A DNA stretch of 52,078 nucleotides. Origin: Pachysolen tannophilus NRRL Y-2460 (Eukaryota). The stretch covers positions 1,217,759 to 1,269,836 of the forward strand of contig KV454015.1 of assembly GCA_001661245.1 (NCBI GenBank). Reading direction: 5' to 3'. Shown piece after piece: positions 13,627 through 25,528 of the stretch (the stretch's first letter is position 1; every line of letters starts with the position of its first letter). The notes under the pieces were generated by a model. That model was not told the origin of the DNA. It saw only the letters and a program-made list of their open reading frames with translations, and searched no databases. Both the position numbers and the translations under genes were made by a program.

Positions 13627-14194
13627 TGGAGTTTTAAGATTAAAGTTAGTAGCCGCTACGCATTAAAAAGAAAGACAAATAAATTAGAAAAGTAATAATT
13701 CTTTTTCCATCGGTAATAAATTTAAAATATATAATTGAATTTGATATAATTTTTCTTTTTTTTTTTTTTTTTATTTCATTTCAATTAATTGTATTTATAT
13801 AAAACTTTTCTTTCACCAGTGTTTGTTGGGTGTTAAAAAATCGATAGAATTTACTATGCATATCATTCACTCACTAATAAGAATTAAAAATATGAAAAAA
13901 CAAAAAAAAACAAGGTACATATATATATATATATATAATGTGCGCACAGCAAGTACACTATTACTACATGTAATTTCATACATTTACCGTACATGATAAA
14001 ATCTATTGTAGAAATAAATTTTTAGCCTAATTTGAATTTACTACATTATATTACGCTAAACCTTGCTGCAATTCATATTCAAGAAAAAAAAAAAAAGACA
14101 TAGCCGAGTACTTAATTTTTGAATACTATTTTCTTTCCGTAAGCTTTTAGATTCAAAGGTTGGAAATTTACATTTCAGTCAATCAAATCAATTG

Positions 14195-14225
<31 letters not shown>

Positions 14226-16220
14226 CAATGTTTTTAAAGTCTGGAAGCAAAGCATAATAAAAAGCTTTAAGCTTTATAGAAAAATGGAAAAAAAAAATAA
14301 AAGAGAAGAATAAATAGGAACATGTTTGAAAAGGTAATGTAATGAATGTATCATGTACAATTCTCATTTATTACACAACAAGAACAAGGGAAAAAGAAAA
14401 AAAAAAATTAAACTTTTTTTCTTTCACTGCAGTATCTTGAATTCCTATAGAAGAAATATGGTAAAATAGTCAAGAAATTCGAAAACTCCTTCTCAACAAC
14501 TTTTTTTTTTTTTTTTTTGTTGAGAAGAAACACACAAAAAAAAATTCATTTAGAGAGAGAGAGATTATAAAAAGATTAAATAAAAGAAAGAAAAAAACAA
14601 AAAAAAAAAAAATTTCCCTCCCCCGCCATTCACATATCTTTATTGAATTTATTTTTTTATCTTTATTTTATTGTACATTTCCCTGAATCCTAGTTGTTTT
14701 TTTTCTTTCAATATACTACTCGCGTGGCAACAGGTAACGGGCAGAGAGCAACGGCGGTAATTTTTTCTTTGTTCTCTTCTAGAAGTCTTGGAGACCAAAA
14801 CAAAAAAAAATTATAAATCTAAAATCTGGATTAAAAAAAGAAAAGAGCGAACAATTAATAAGTAATAATTTTTTTTTTTTGGTAACTAAAAAGTCAAAAA
14901 AAAATTAAAAAAAAAGTTTAAAAGAGAAAAGAAAATGGAAAAACCAGGTGGTACCTACTTTTCTGTCATAATTACCTAAAACTTGTCAGTTCTAACCGCA
15001 CTGACTTCTTCGGATTTTAATTATTTCAATATATTATAATCTTTTGCGTTTTTTTTTTCTTTTCTTTTTCTTTCTTTACAAACTCCAATTGGACGGTTGC
15101 GATTAATGTATAAAGTTTTTTTTTACTAAATTCTATTTATTCCTAAAACATCTAGGTTTAGCATTTTATTAGACATTCTTTACCTGGGTACTTACCTGGC
15201 TGCTGCAGAATAAAAAAAAAATTTACTGCTAGAGAATGGTGAAATTGAAAAACTGTCAATTAATTGCTGATAATCTATGCATATGCAGAATACGATGGTA
15301 ATCCAAAAAGCTTTTTTTTTTTTTTTCCAAAACTATTTTTATTATATTTTACTTTAGTTTTCTTGTTACGTACTGTACGTAAATATACAATACCTACAGT
15401 ACATACTTTACATACATACTTTATATACATACATACTTTACATACATTAGAAAATTAAATCTCTTTGTATATTAAAAAAAAAATCGTTCATCCATTTTAT
15501 AAATAATTAGTCAATTTTTTGATTGAAGAAGTAAAAAAAAAAAAAAAAAAAAAAAAAAGGTAATTATATATTATATATTATATATTATTTATTATTTATT
15601 AAATTTTTTTTCAATTTTTTTATTAATTAGTTGTTTAATTGATTTAAAACAAATTGGTTCTTCAAAAGAAAAATTTTCTTTTTTTTTAGAAGAAGAGCAA
15701 GACAAAGAAAGTTAATCAATCATATTTCCATCAATTAAAGGAGGAAATTTTAACCGCTGTTACAATTATTATATTATATTATATACAATTTACAACAATT
15801 ATACTTTAATCCCCATTCATTCATTCCATTATAATAATTGAAATTATATTTCATCTTTTCTTAATTTATTCGGTACTAATTTAATTTATCTCAAGGACAT
15901 TTTTTTTTTTTTATTATTATTAATTATTATTCTTTTTTGCTTTTTTGGTTGTTTTTTTTCTTTCTTTGACCTTGGCTCTATGTATTCACATATACTACCG
16001 CATTCATTTAATTTGTCTTTGTCTCTAATATTTTACTAAATTTTGGTTCTTTGTTTTATTATTATTTTTGACAAAAGATTTTTAGTTTTTTTTTCTAAGG
16101 AAAAGAGAAATTTTTTCTTTTTTTTTTGGTTTTTTTTTTGGGATTAAACAGCTCTAAACTCCAGGTGAGCCTAAGCCTAACCGCCCAAAGTTAATATTTA
16201 ATAATTTCACAATTGAAACA

Positions 16221-16241
16221 ATGCAATATCCATATATCAAT

Positions 16242-16278
<37 letters not shown>

Positions 16279-16356
16279 GTAATGGTGGTAGCGCTGAGGG
16301 CGGCAAAAGTGCCGAGAGCAGGGGTTCTCATTTACATTTGAGTTTGCGACAAGAAA

Positions 16357-16396
<40 letters not shown>

Positions 16397-17301
16397 CGAT
16401 TCTTTACCAATATCAGCTTCCACATCAAATTCATTTCCATCTTCTCCTCAACAACAACAACAAGAGAAACAGTTGTTACTGGTACAGTCACTGGTACAAC
16501 CACTGGGTTCTTCTTCGAATAATTCAAAAGCTGGTGCGGCGGCACCAAAAAAATCTGCTTTTGTTCATAAATTGTTTGCCATGCTTTGTGATCCCAATCT
16601 TAAACATTTGATATGGTGGACTGATAATCTGGAAGATGGAACGTTTGCTCTTCAGCCCGGAGCAGAATTTGCTCATGCGCTAACAGGTTATTTTAAACAT
16701 GGTAACGTTGCAAGTTTTGTAAGACAATTGCATATGTATGGTTTCCATAAAGTATGTGATCAACCAAGTGATAGTGGTAATAATAACAACAACAACAATA
16801 ATAGCAGTAACAATAGCAATAGTAATAGCGATGGTAATAATGGTAATGGAAATCAGCAGCCAGTGTGGGGGTTTGTTCATTCTAGTGGCAAGTTCAGAAA
16901 GGATGATGAGATGTCTTTGGTTTTCATAAAGAGAAGAACTTCTTCAAATTCAAATAAAATGAGATCGGATAGTGCTGTTGGAGTTGGTGTTGGTGTTGGT
17001 GTTGGTGTTGGCGTAGGCATTGGAAGTGCTGCACGGTCAATTGATGGTAGACCTTATGGCTCGGTAGAATATTTATCGGTACCAGTTCACTCTCAACATC
17101 CTCAGCACCCTCAGCACCCGCTGCATCTGCATCTGCATCTCCAGCTGCAACTGCAACTGCAACTTCATCAACAGGTGCAACTTCAACACCATCCACACCA
17201 GACAATATATACCAGTACGCCGAATTATTACTATCCCCAAACAGCTGTCCCTAACAACACAAGTACTGCAATGTCAATTCCTTATGCACTGTCTTCATAC
17301 C

Positions 17302-17332
<31 letters not shown>

Positions 17333-19277
17333 GCAACAGCAACAGCAACAACAACAGCAGCCTCAACAAGTTATATATTACCTGACTGAGCCACTGCAGC
17401 CTCTGCAGCCGCTGCAGCCACTGCCACTGCCACTGCCTCAACTTTCACAACAGCTCCAAGTGCTGCAAGTTTACCATGAAAATGTTCATGCTCACCCGCA
17501 CCATTATACTCCTTCGTCGTCTTACCCTCACTCAGTTCATGCCATAAACTACGCTCCTCATTCGGCAGTACCAACACTGTCGCCGGCTGTGGCAAATGTT
17601 CCACAGCATCATGGTTATCCAGCTAGTTATAACTCTCTGCCATCGTTACAATCCCTTGCGAACCCTCCTCATTCTCATACACAAGTATTGCAACGCCATG
17701 CATCCGACCAACATGGAACTATATCACAGATACAACAACCACATCATCAGTATCAACATGCTCAGCAATTACTTGTGCACACACAACAACTGCCGCAACA
17801 ACCGCTGCAACAACTACTGCAACAACTGCCGCAAAAGCAACAACTGCCTCATCAACAGCAATTTAATTCAAGATCTGTCACTCCATCTGCCCAATATAGG
17901 CCTTATCAATCACCACCATCGTCGACATCAGTACCCGCTTCAGCTATAGCAGCTGCTAGTGGCGAGGGAAAGTATTCTTCCCGTTCAGTTGAAAGTGCCA
18001 TTCATACTTCAAGAGATATAATGTCAAAGCAAAAATTATTAAACGAAAAATCTGATTTTTTAAACCATGAATTAAAAGCTACAGAAACTGATGAAATTAA
18101 AGTGGCAGAGAGACTTCCAAGTATAAAACCAATTATTGAAAGCAGTTTCCGCAATGGGAGTGGGGAAGGTTTTGTGAAAACAATTGACGACTTGAAAAAC
18201 TCTATTAACAATAGATTAGATAGATATGGCAAATCTACAGGCTCTCGTCAAACTTCTCAAGTTAGCTTTTATGAGTCTCGTAGACCAAGAATGCCATCTA
18301 TGTTTGTTGATCCGTTAGCTCCTGCACCATCCCAGGATCTTAAAACCAGTAATAATAGTTCTTTTTCCAGTACAAATTCATCACCAGTTGTTGGTAAGTC
18401 TCTGTCAGAAATAGGATTGGGAGCTCAAAGATCTCCTTCAATAAGCAATATGGTTTCCGAACCTACTGGTGATACTGTTTTAAAAAGAGCTGGTTCTTTT
18501 TCACTAACTGAAAAACGCATCACTAGTCTGATCATCACTGATCGTCCTCCAAGGTCAATTCCAAATGAGAATTTATTGAGTCATCCTCCCCCACTTTTCC
18601 ATCATAATCACCAGCTGCAGCAATTAACAACACCAGCAACTCCTAATGCGAATTCAACTACTAGTCCTCGTACAAGCACTGTGCTTCCTCCTCCTCATCT
18701 GAATCTTAATTCAAGAAATTCAAGTTTAATTTCCAACTCGCGCACCTCAATTCCAAGCATAAGCCATTTGCAAGCACAAATCCGGCCATCATTAGTAGAA
18801 ATGAATACAGGAAGATCATCAATAGGATCATCGATTTCTTCTGCGCAAACGTCAATTTTTTCAAATAAGGATTCGTCATCCATTTCATCCGTTTCATCTT
18901 CGATAAGAAATTACACACCATCAATTATGCATGGAGACAAAAAAGAAATGATAAGGCTTCTGCCGATAGAAGATAATGTCAAGGTTAAATCAGGTTCAGA
19001 TGCTGAAATTTCATCGCTGAATAATGGACACTCGGAGGCCGTAATATCAGTTCATAATCCACCATTGTCCTCAACATCGATACCTTACAGCCCTCAATCG
19101 TATACTCCAAAGTTTTCTGAATCAATCACTAAGAAGAATAGTGTTGTATCTCCAAAATCTTTAAAAACGAGGAGGTTGTCATTTAATTCATTGATAGATA
19201 ATCCTTTGAAACCTGTTACAGAAGGTAAAGATCAGGAATCCAAACCTGCAAATAAGAAAGCTAAACTTCAGAACTAA
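16221..19277 (+). CDS. HSF-type DNA-binding transcription factor, Mga1/Hms2/Sfl2 subfamily
   Basis: HSF domain SAFVHKLFAML...LIWW...YFKHGNVASFVRQLHMYGFHKV...F.KDD...IKRR. The RQLHMYGFHK variant is typical of Mga1/Sfl2. Long poly-N, poly-Q and GV tracts; ~2.6-kb upstream intergenic region. Confidence 0.85.
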
Positions 19278-19736
19278 GAATTAGGTTGCTTTTGTGCTGA
19301 GAATTAAACTCTTCATGAATATTATTTTTTTTTTCTTTCATTTTCCATAAAAAAATGAATGAACAAACGAATTGTGCTTTTATTTTTAATTGTATTTTTA
19401 GTTTTTTTTTTGGATATCAAAGAAAAGTATTTCATTTTTTTAGTTCTTCATTATAAAATTGTAAACGTTTTATTTTATTTTTATTATTCTTTATCGCAAA
19501 GGGGCATCTTAGTGTTAATATACTTATAGTCTTCTATACAATCGTTATTACAACGTTTCTTTTAATTTTTACAACTTATATATAATAATGGTTTTTGTTT
19601 TCCATTTCAAATTATTTATTTAGAAGTTTTTATCTCATTAAAACCAAAAGAAAAAATATACGGAATAAAGGTTTAAAGTTAAATATATGTAATTAGTATA
19701 AAAATCAAAAAAAAGAAAAAGAAAAAAAAATAATGA

Positions 19737-22715
19737 CTAATGATTTTGCTTTCTTAGCATCAACCTCCCGCTCAACATATCATTGATCTCATTCATATGT
19801 TCCCAATGTATTGTCTTTCCCTTTCTTAAAACGAAATCGGCTTCATTTAGCCATAAATCTTCAATAGATTGAAACTTAAACTGAGAACCGTCAATACCAA
19901 TGACACTGGCACTATCAGATTCTTTTTTCAACAAATTCTTCTTCTGACCATTAGAGTACTTGAATCTTAATCTAACTTCCGGGTCAGGATTACGATTAGA
20001 AGCGTTGACATCGAAATTCAAGTTTTCAATAAATTCACAACATTTGATAGCAAATCTTGTTGCATTGATCCTGTCCATAGAGGATGGTACTTTACCTTGT
20101 TGAACATGACCTGGTATACCTGTTCTTGATTCAAATTTTCCAGATCCATGCTCTTTTATAATATCAGCTATTAATTGAGTAGTATATATTGTCGATGCTT
20201 TTTCATTTCTAATGAATAATTTACCAGATCTGTTGGCACCCTCATCATGCAGAAAATTATCTCTCAATAACTCGATATCTTCTTGAATAGATCTAAGAGA
20301 AGTTTTCTTTTCCGGAGTATAAACTGTCAAAGCCCCGGTAACCAAACCAGTATAACTTGCAACATAACCAGAATTACCTCCTTGAACTTCAACTACAAAT
20401 ACTCTTCTTCTAGAGGCACTAGCAGATTGTTTCACCTCATCACAATACTTGACCAATTGGTTTAAACAAGTATCAGAGCCCAAGGAATACTGTGTTCCTG
20501 GAACGTTATTCGAAACAGTGGCTGGAAGTACGCATAATGGCATGTTGAAAATTGGATATTTCTCTCTTGCTTGTTCCAATTCACGTAAGGCAGTAAAAGC
20601 TTCAAAGCCACCAATTATCATCAAACCTTGAATATCATGTTGCTGTAAGTAAAAAGCAACTGTACCTAAGTCTTGTGAAGGTAAAGTTCTGTTTGTTCCA
20701 ATTTCAGATCCTCCCAAACTATGCCAATTTTCAACATCTGACCAATTGAGTTTTTTAATAGATCCATGCCTTACTAAACCGCTGAACCCATTTTCAATAG
20801 CATAGAAAGTATGACCTCTGGATAAACAATATAAACAAGCTGCTCTTGTAGCTGCATTCAAACCAGAAGATGGTGCACCAACATGAATTACAGCAATATT
20901 TAATCTTTTATCTTCAGGTAAAGTTTGAGAACCATCATCATTTGAAGAAACAGATAAGAAGTTTTGATAAGACTCCAAAAAAGTTGAATCACGAAGAGAA
21001 ATTGCTTTATCAAAATCTTTATTTGCAATTGCAGTAGCGACAGATTTTGTCAATTCAACAGCTCTTACCAATGGCTGTCTTACTATTTTACTTTCCAATA
21101 TACCGATCATTGGAGATGGAGTATCTGGTGTCATTTCCAAAACGGCTTTTACTGCATCTACACCTTGTAACGTGGCCAACATTCTGTCAAATGCCACAGC
21201 AGTACCACCTCTTTGAACATGTCCTAAGATAGTAGTTCTTGTATCAAGTCCCATTTCAACCAAAACGTCTTTGACCAGATCCGATGTGATTGCATTTAAT
21301 TCTCTATCAATTGCACCTTCAGATACAATGACAACAGTTTTTCTTCTACCCTTTTCCCTATGTCTTTTACAAACTGTCTTTAAATCATCTTTCCATTTTC
21401 CAACTTCAGGTGGTCTTTCTGGGATAAAAATTGCATCAGCACCTGTAGCTATACCTGCCATCAATCCTAACCAACCACAATGACGACCCATAACTTCAAC
21501 AACAAATGCTCTTGAATGTGATTCTGCAGTTGCATCAATGTAGTCTACCATTTCACAAATTCTTTCCAAAGATGAGTAAGCACCAATAGTAGCATCAGTA
21601 CAAGCCATATCATTATCAATTGAACCCACTAAGCCTACAATTTTTAAAGTCTTGTATTTTTCGATTTGAAATTTTGCTAATTTTTGTTGTTCATATAATT
21701 CTTCTAATAATGAAGGCCATTCTGATCTGAACAAGTCTGCACCGGTCAATGAACCATCACCACCGCATACAATTAAGGCATCAATACCATTAGTCACCAT
21801 ATTATATGCAGCACTCAATCTACCTGATCTTTCTTTAAATTCCATACATCTTGCTGTTCCAATTAAGGTACCACCTAATGAAGTCCAACCTCTAACATCT
21901 TCCCATCCTAATTTTCTCAATAAATTACCTCCTTTAACTAAACCGGAATAACCTTCAAAACATGCAAATACATCACATTCATAAAAAATACCGGCACGTA
22001 CAACAGCTCTAACTGCTGCACACATACCTTGAGAATCACCACCTGAAGTCATAACTGCAATTTTTTTTTTTGGAATTTTTTCTTGTGATTTTAACTCTGA
22101 ACCATTTTTTATTTCTTCATCTTCAAAATTGTTTGTAAGTTTTTCAAGTTTAGGATGTAAAAAAAAATTCTCATTAGTAATTTGTTCAATTTCCAAAGGT
22201 GATTGGAAAGATGTAAAACCTAACAAGTTCCCAATTGGATCCTTAATATAATATGATATTCTTTGATCATTTTTTGATGGTAAAATTTCTATATTTAACT
22301 GTATTAAATTTTGTCTTAATTTTTCAACATTAGAACTGAAAAGATTAATTTCCACAGGTAATATAGTATTTTCATCTATATCTTGAGATGATAACCTTAT
22401 CTTTAAGACAACACCTTGAGTTTCATAATTTTTCAATGAACTAACATCTTCAATTACTTCACTAACCGGCAATCTAGAATCCAAGGCATCTTGATGAAGT
22501 GGACCTAATGGGAAACTTTCTAACCAAACTTCTTTTAATGAGTCTCGAGAAACACCTCTTAAATTAGACTCATCTTTAATACCTTTAGAAAATTCTCTTG
22601 CTGGCTGAAATTTTAAAGCTTTATAAAATGAAACCGCTTTCTCAAATTTCTCCGAGTCATTCGTGGTAAATGAAAAATAAGCATAACCCGAAGTTAACGG
22701 ATTTTTTAAAACCAT
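19737..22715 (-). CDS. PFK1: 6-phosphofructokinase alpha subunit
   Basis: ~200-aa N-terminal extension, KKKIAVMTSGGDS, GGDGSLTGA, GSIDND, EVMGRHCGWL, LGHVQRGG, and a regulatory half with ATVSNNVPGT and GHVQQG. KKKIAV...AAVRAVVR is alpha-type (Pfk1) rather than beta-type. Confidence 0.93.
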   Translation of the reverse strand: MVLKNPLTSGYAYFSFTTNDSEKFEKAVSFYKALKFQPAREFSKGIKDESNLRGVSRDSLKEVWLESFPLGPLHQDALDSRLPVSEVIEDVSSLKNYETQGVVLKIRLSSQDIDENTILPVEINLFSSNVEKLRQNLIQLNIEILPSKNDQRISYYIKDPIGNLLGFTSFQSPLEIEQITNENFFLHPKLEKLTNNFEDEEIKNGSELKSQEKIPKKKIAVMTSGGDSQGMCAAVRAVVRAGIFYECDVFACFEGYSGLVKGGNLLRKLGWEDVRGWTSLGGTLIGTARCMEFKERSGRLSAAYNMVTNGIDALIVCGGDGSLTGADLFRSEWPSLLEELYEQQKLAKFQIEKYKTLKIVGLVGSIDNDMACTDATIGAYSSLERICEMVDYIDATAESHSRAFVVEVMGRHCGWLGLMAGIATGADAIFIPERPPEVGKWKDDLKTVCKRHREKGRRKTVVIVSEGAIDRELNAITSDLVKDVLVEMGLDTRTTILGHVQRGGTAVAFDRMLATLQGVDAVKAVLEMTPDTPSPMIGILESKIVRQPLVRAVELTKSVATAIANKDFDKAISLRDSTFLESYQNFLSVSSNDDGSQTLPEDKRLNIAVIHVGAPSSGLNAATRAACLYCLSRGHTFYAIENGFSGLVRHGSIKKLNWSDVENWHSLGGSEIGTNRTLPSQDLGTVAFYLQQHDIQGLMIIGGFEAFTALRELEQAREKYPIFNMPLCVLPATVSNNVPGTQYSLGSDTCLNQLVKYCDEVKQSASASRRRVFVVEVQGGNSGYVASYTGLVTGALTVYTPEKKTSLRSIQEDIELLRDNFLHDEGANRSGKLFIRNEKASTIYTTQLIADIIKEHGSGKFESRTGIPGHVQQGKVPSSMDRINATRFAIKCCEFIENLNFDVNASNRNPDPEVRLRFKYSNGQKKNLLKKESDSASVIGIDGSQFKFQSIEDLWLNEADFVLRKGKTIHWEHMNEINDMLSGRLMLRKQNH

Positions 22716-23698
22716 TATTTAGATTATGTTATATAAGAAATATATATTAAACCAAAATAAAAGAAAAAGAAAATACAGTTAAATGAAATATTAAGTTTTT
22801 TTTTTTCAAAAAAAAAAAAATAAAACTAAATGATTCAATTCTCCTTACTAGTCTTCCTTTATATTCAATTCACAAATTCACAACTTAATACAAGCAGGTG
22901 GTCCCTCAAGCCTGATTTGATTCACTATATTTATTTCTTAACATTTTATTGATTGGATAAATTGGTTGCACCACCACTCTACCTGAAGTGGTCTGAGATA
23001 GAAACGGCAGCACCTGGGCCTGGACATGACGGCTACAAACGGTCATCAGATGGCGTCATGTGATGAGGACATCTCAAGAATTTGCACTTGAAACACTACC
23101 ACTGGTGCTTGCCAAAAAAAGACATTTTGTTTTTATCTGCACGTCTGTTTTATCTTCCCCCTGTTTCGGCCCGAAATTGTGGCTAGAACGGAACAATCAT
23201 TTTTCTATCAATCAATCTATCTATGTATAGTGAGTGAAACTAGACTACAAAATGGAAAATTGATAAAAAGATAGAAAAAAAGCTAGAAACCAATATAATT
23301 CAGCCTGGTAGTTGTAATTTGAAACAAAAGCTATAAGAAAAGAAGAGGAAGAAAAAAAAATAGTTATGAGATTTTTGTCAATCTTTTTTTTTTCTTTTGA
23401 AAAGAAGAAGAAAAAAAAAAAAAAAAAAAGAGTTAAGTAATAAAAAATGAAAAAAATGAAAAAAAAAATAAAAATGGTTCACCTGTAATACCGTCTAGCT
23501 AAAGTTGGTAAGCAATAGCAACATAATATGATCACATATCATGGAAGGTAACAAAAATTATAGGGAAAAGAAAAGCAATTTTTTCTAAAAAAAAAAATAA
23601 AGAAAAAAAAAAAGTTCAGAAAAGAAAAAACTCCAATTTAAAAAACACCAAGATCACACATTATTTTGTTAATCTTTCTTTTTATCTTTTTTTTCCCC

Positions 23699-25528
23699 TT
23701 ATAAGCCTAACAAATTGTCACTACCTCCAATATCTCCAACAGTTCCAAGCGGATCTAGCAAGAACTCGTCTGGATTCGCATGTATTGAAAGCTCATCCGT
23801 ATTTCCAGAAATCAAGTCGTTATCCAAGACATGCTGCTGCTGCACATGTACTTGGGCCTGTGCTTGAGCTTGAGCCTGTGCCTGTGCTTGTTCCTGTTGT
23901 TGATGATTTTGTAGAATGTAGTTATTCAAAAATTTCAAAGCATCATAGTCACAACTCAAAATATGAGGTATCTTGGTTCCTGATTCCCCTATATGGGCAT
24001 TATTAACCTGTTGACCTTCACTAAAATCATCGCATATTGACCATTGATTTGTATTTTCTCTACCTGTTTGTGGATTATTTAAGAAAAAAACTGCAAATTT
24101 TGGTGAAGCAGATAAAGTTATTTTTAATTCAGTTCCTTCAGATGTTCTAATATCTTCTTTTTTCTCTTTTTTAATTTCTTCTTGTTGATTTAATAAACTA
24201 CAACTTGATACATTTTCCAATGGGAAAAAAATTCTGAAAAGAATTTTATTATTTTGGAAAAATGAACTGAAAAAATAATTTAATTCATTATTTTTTTTGG
24301 ATAATATTATCAATAAATCTGTTGTAAACATTAAATTGTTTAAAAATTTAGGTGATAAATTGATTAAATTTTTTAATAAAACAGGATTAATATAACCTGA
24401 TTTAATTCTCTGCCAAGTACCAATTGATATTGAATTACAATCTATAAGACAATAATTCTCATTTATTGTAATTGGTAATTGTGATTGGTGTTGAAAACTT
24501 CCTAAAGAATTTCTATTAGCAACATTTGTTGTAATATTTTCCACTCCTTTACAATTATTAGGATCAGAAGCACCACTAAATGAATTAGGATAATGAAGAG
24601 GAAACGAAACTGAAGAACGATCAACATCCTTACCCAATTTCTCCAATTTTCTGGTCTTGGCTCTTCTATTTTGAAACCATATTCTAACAGATCTCTCAGA
24701 CATTCCAGTTGCCTCTGCCAATTGTTTTCTAACTGCACCATTTGGATTAGAATTTCTACTAAATTCTGAAATCAATAAGGCTAATACTTCTCCCGAGGCC
24801 CTTGAACGTCGCGAAACATGACTCGAGTCATTTTTATCTATGATATACAGATCATTCATATTATGGATTGAAGAACCACCATGATGGATTGAATTACTGC
24901 CAATGCTGCCACCACTACCAATACTTTCATGACCTATACTTTGACTACTCAAATTCCTATTATGATGTATATGATGCGGATGTCCCTGCCCCAAACCTGG
25001 CAGTACTCCAGGAACCATCGTAAGATCAAACGAATCTTCATTTGTATGTATTGTACTCTTGGTTAACGAAGAATCAAAATTTGTAGAACCTGCTGATATC
25101 GCAGAAACTGAATTATTACTGTCATTGGTATTTGCGTTATTAGTATTATTATTATTTTCATATGCATTCAACAAATTCAACGTAAAATCATCGGCAATTG
25201 GGTTGGAATCCAACGTATTTACGAAATGGTTATGATTATTATTATTACCATTATTATTATTGTTATTATTATTATTATCCGAATTGGTATTACCATTATT
25301 ATGTTCATTATTATGATTATTTTCGTTATCGTCATGGGAAACTTCATGACCACCTTCTAAAAACTCATGAGTAAAAGGCTCTTCTATTATTGACTCGGAC
25401 GAAAATGGATCATTCAACTGATATTGATCAATCTCCGAACTAGTCGGCAGCATGTAATCATTACTCTGAAGTTGATTACTGCCGTTACCATAATTTCCAA
25501 TACCCTCGGAAATCTGATGCTCTGACAT
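23699..25528 (-). CDS. PHO2: Pho2/Grf10-family homeodomain transcription factor
   Basis: Homeodomain RRSRASGEVL...GMSERSVRIWFQNRRAK plus Pho2-family downstream blocks (SISIGTWQRIKSG, NQWSICDDFSEGQQV). Could be a paralogue rather than the true orthologue. Confidence 0.7.
   Translation of the reverse strand: MSEHQISEGIGNYGNGSNQLQSNDYMLPTSSEIDQYQLNDPFSSESIIEEPFTHEFLEGGHEVSHDDNENNHNNEHNNGNTNSDNNNNNNNNNGNNNNHNHFVNTLDSNPIADDFTLNLLNAYENNNNTNNANTNDSNNSVSAISAGSTNFDSSLTKSTIHTNEDSFDLTMVPGVLPGLGQGHPHHIHHNRNLSSQSIGHESIGSGGSIGSNSIHHGGSSIHNMNDLYIIDKNDSSHVSRRSRASGEVLALLISEFSRNSNPNGAVRKQLAEATGMSERSVRIWFQNRRAKTRKLEKLGKDVDRSSVSFPLHYPNSFSGASDPNNCKGVENITTNVANRNSLGSFQHQSQLPITINENYCLIDCNSISIGTWQRIKSGYINPVLLKNLINLSPKFLNNLMFTTDLLIILSKKNNELNYFFSSFFQNNKILFRIFFPLENVSSCSLLNQQEEIKKEKKEDIRTSEGTELKITLSASPKFAVFFLNNPQTGRENTNQWSICDDFSEGQQVNNAHIGESGTKIPHILSCDYDALKFLNNYILQNHQQQEQAQAQAQAQAQAQVHVQQQHVLDNDLISGNTDELSIHANPDEFLLDPLGTVGDIGGSDNLLGL

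Noticed and set aside
14750..14758. AACGGCGGT matches 9 nt of the predicted telomeric repeat
   Set aside because: Single short match that could be chance; only meaningful if the repeat is confirmed.
15188..15200. TACTTACCTGGC resembles the U1 snRNA 5' end
   Set aside because: No U1-70K loop (GATCANGAAG), stem-loop pattern or Sm site follows. A similar ACTTACCT near 2465 also lacks them.
23040..23095. CTGATGA (minus strand) and GTGATGA...GAAAC (plus strand) suggesting a hammerhead ribozyme or C/D snoRNA
   Set aside because: No stem II plus GAAA on the CTGATGA strand, wrong first base on the other strand, and no properly placed D box.
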